Part shown: positions 61,195 through 64,000 of the stretch, one piece after another
Numbering within the stretch: position 1 is the first letter of the stretch
Layout of the letters: every line of letters begins with the position of its first letter
DNA from: Macrostomum hystrix
Taxonomy: Eukaryota > Animalia > Platyhelminthes
DNA: 64,000 bases
Direction: 5' to 3'
NCBI GenBank assembly: GCA_950097015.1
Contig: CATNEN010000038.1
Span: forward strand, 10,044,001-10,108,000
Translations under genes and position numbers: made by a program
The notes under the pieces: generated by a model
Told to the model about the DNA's origin: nothing
Databases searched by the model: none
Seen by the model: only the letters and a program-made list of their open reading frames with translations

Positions 61195-64000
61195 GTAAAG
61201 ACGGTCTCTTACTGCGAAGACTCAATTAAAACAAGATTCTAAGAAAAAATGTTATCAAAGAGATACGATAACATGTAGCCCTACAACAGCTTTGGTGACA
61301 TCAATGAGATTAAACAATTTAGAGTCATATATACAGAACCTAAATTAAAATACTTAAAGTGACGAATAATAAAACAGGCCTACAATTGGCTAACAAGCAG
61401 CAGGCCAGCTGAACATGTATTTTTTTTCTTCCTCTACTTCTCGACAAGCATGATTATTTGGCAAAACAAGTCTTTTAAACGTACGTTATCTAAGAAACGT
61501 AGTTTCCCGTCCTTTAATCCAAGTGGCTAGCTAGTTGCCATTGTGCTGCCATGTTAGGAGACGATCCACCGCACATATGGCATGGAATAACTGAGTGAGC
61601 TTTGCTGTTGCCCGTCCGGTGCCAGGGGATCTGTATGTTGAGCACTAAATTTTACCTACTCAGAAGAGAATCGATCATCCTAGCAATGCAACAGTCGCAC
61701 AACTCAACAAACCAAGCTAGCACATATCATCGTGGAAGCCAAGCAGAGCTGTCAATGAAGTCGCGACCCTCGTGACGGCCGTGGCTGCCAGCCGATAAGG
61801 TTTACTCAACTCAATTCGCGACTACTGCAATAAGCAGATCGCGGGCATACTTATGCAGCAGTGTCGATCGGAATGTACTAAGCAAATTTTGTCCGTGTGC
61901 CCACGGCAGATAACCATGAGATTGCCCCGTGGCGCTCCCAAATCCCCTCGGCGCCAAACTGCAAGGCCGCCATCCCAAATCCATATTGATATCATGGTGC
62001 CATATAGAGAACGCGGCATTACCCAGGCAAAAAATTTGCTTACTCCTCGGAACTGCAGCCTCGCGGCTTTGAAAAAGAATCTTGATACAATCGGAGGTGA
62101 AGATGCCTCGCTCCGGTTGAGGACTGGATAATGCTTCCAGATCTTCGGCAATTCGCCACACTTCCCGATGGTTGTTCGGTTCGCGGTGTCTCCAGCAGGT
62201 TGCGAGCGCGGTGCATGATGCCTGGATCCCACTAGCGCTGTGCGCGTAACGGATGTGGAGCCTTATCAGTATAGGGGGTGGCTCGGATTTGCTTTACTGT
62301 ACGGCACCCTAATCTGTAGCTGCTGTGGTGACGTAAAGCGTGTTTCATTGGTTGCTGATTTTGACGAACAGACTCAAGTTCGAGCACTGGAGTGCTGATC
62401 GATCCACAAAGTTTGTGTACTGAAGTGTTCATGGATTGGGACTTATACATAGGACTGAACACCTTATAGTCTCCCTTTGGGTTGAGACAATTAGACTCTC
62501 GAACTTGCAGTCAGATCAAGTCCGATCGCTTTTTGGCTACACCAATAAAAATTATAGCACAGTCCTATAAAAATTACGAAAATGTTAAGGTAAAGTTTAA
62601 TTCCCTTCTAGGCAGCAAAACATCAAATAGTTTTCTAACAAACCCTCAATCTGCAAGTAAATTTTTCGCCTCATTTTGCAAGTTTAATTTCCCCTGGGCA
62701 ATCACACGCCCGCGCTTGAGGGACACAACTTTTTTTTACACAAAGAAATTTTAAGTTTCAAAGGAAGTTTATAGATTAAATTAAGGAGATTCATATAGCA
62801 TTTAGACACTTCTACGCTTCGCCATCTTTCGTTTACGAAAAAAACAGAACATTACAGTTACCCCTTCGTGCCATGCCGAAATGAGTTTATTTTTGCTATT
62901 TTCTATTAATTTTGCATTTTTTACTAGACTAATCGAGGCTTAAAAAAAGAAGAACTTAAATAAAATTTAAAGGGCTACTAATTTAGTGGCCAACTGCTTG
63001 TGGTCCTTGTAACCTTATTGCTTGTCAAAAATGTATTTGTTTTACCAAATGGTTACTATAGATTGGAGATTTAAAATTTCTTTGTTTCTAACAAAATCAG
63101 ATAATCGTCAGATCAAGGTCAGTGAGTGAGTGAGCACGTTAAAAAATCATCGCACAAAACATTTATTTATTTTAAAAACCATTTTCAGCTGGCTTTATAA
63201 AGTCTTCTACGCCTATAACTATTAAGTCTCGGAAACTGTTGCGTCAACCTCTGCTTTAGAATTCTGTTGTTAGCAAAGTTATAGCTTGAGTTAAAAACGC
63301 TAGTCTACACTTGTCCTTAGCTGGCTGGATAATTTTAGAATAGATTGGGCAATGTTTTTATATATGTATATTGTATATTCTTTGTATATTTTGCACTGAT
63401 ATTACTAGGATAAGACATATCTTGCTTATAAAACGGTCTAGTACCATATAGCTACTAACTTTCTAACAGCGAATCTTTTGAATTATTAGTTTATCTGAAC
63501 TTGATTCAGTTTTACATTTACTAGCTGTTAATAAATATGCCCAATTTGAATTAAAAACTGTATTGAAATAGAGAAATAAAAATCTGATAAAGTTCTGGCA
63601 CTGAATTAGCTAAATGGCATCAGCAGTAAAGTCAAATTTGTCATCAGATCGCATGTCAGCTTTCTGGGAAAGTGAAAAGTCATCACCTTGTATTATACCA
63701 AGGTAAGGACACGTTAAGATAACTTTCCTAAACAAAAAATATTTCTTTAACAATCAAATACTGGTATTTTCAATGCTAGTTATATGTAATAGTAAACATT
63801 TGTTAAAACAATGCTAATGCGGCATAAGTATGGTTTCATTCATTAAACTCAAATTCGAGCGAAAAAAGATAACTGGCATAACAAGGATAACAGTTAACAT
63901 TGAGAAACGTCAGGATAATGTCCTTTGGGTAGAAGCTACAGCTGAAGCTTTGCAGAAGCTACAGCGGGTACTGTTACGTGATACAGTGCAGGAAGTGCCG

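Overview
Eukaryotic (metazoan) genomic DNA with GC-rich exons, AT-rich intergenic DNA and very dense 8-43 bp minisatellite arrays. The style resembles a Macrostomum-type flatworm genome, which is an inference. Most long ORFs in the supplied track are translations of tandem repeats. Five real coding units were reconstructed by hand with phase-compatible GT-AG junctions: (1) the C-terminal end of a dynein light chain roadblock/LC7 gene (1-114, +); (2) a single-exon orphan single-pass membrane protein (5072-5689, +); (3) a 7-exon TRIM-NHL gene of the Mei-P26/NHL-2 class (19342-24789, -, about 926 aa) with an Asp-substituted RING; (4) a divergently transcribed 4-exon betaglycan/endoglin (TGFBR3)-like ZP-domain receptor (30278-42086, +, about 924 aa); (5) a 6-exon BTB-BACK-Kelch IVNS1ABP/NS1-BP-like gene (52249-58362, -, about 764 aa). 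Two tRNA-derived SINE families are present (one copy with a 15-bp TSD, one family with a MIR/CORE-like domain), plus a probable solo LTR. The main structural theme is that almost every longer intron is filled by its own private minisatellite, and several repeat units carry splice-site consensus motifs. The same pattern predicts a 3'UTR intron in the Kelch gene and a 5'UTR intron in the orphan gene. No CRISPR array, rRNA or genuine tRNA gene was found.
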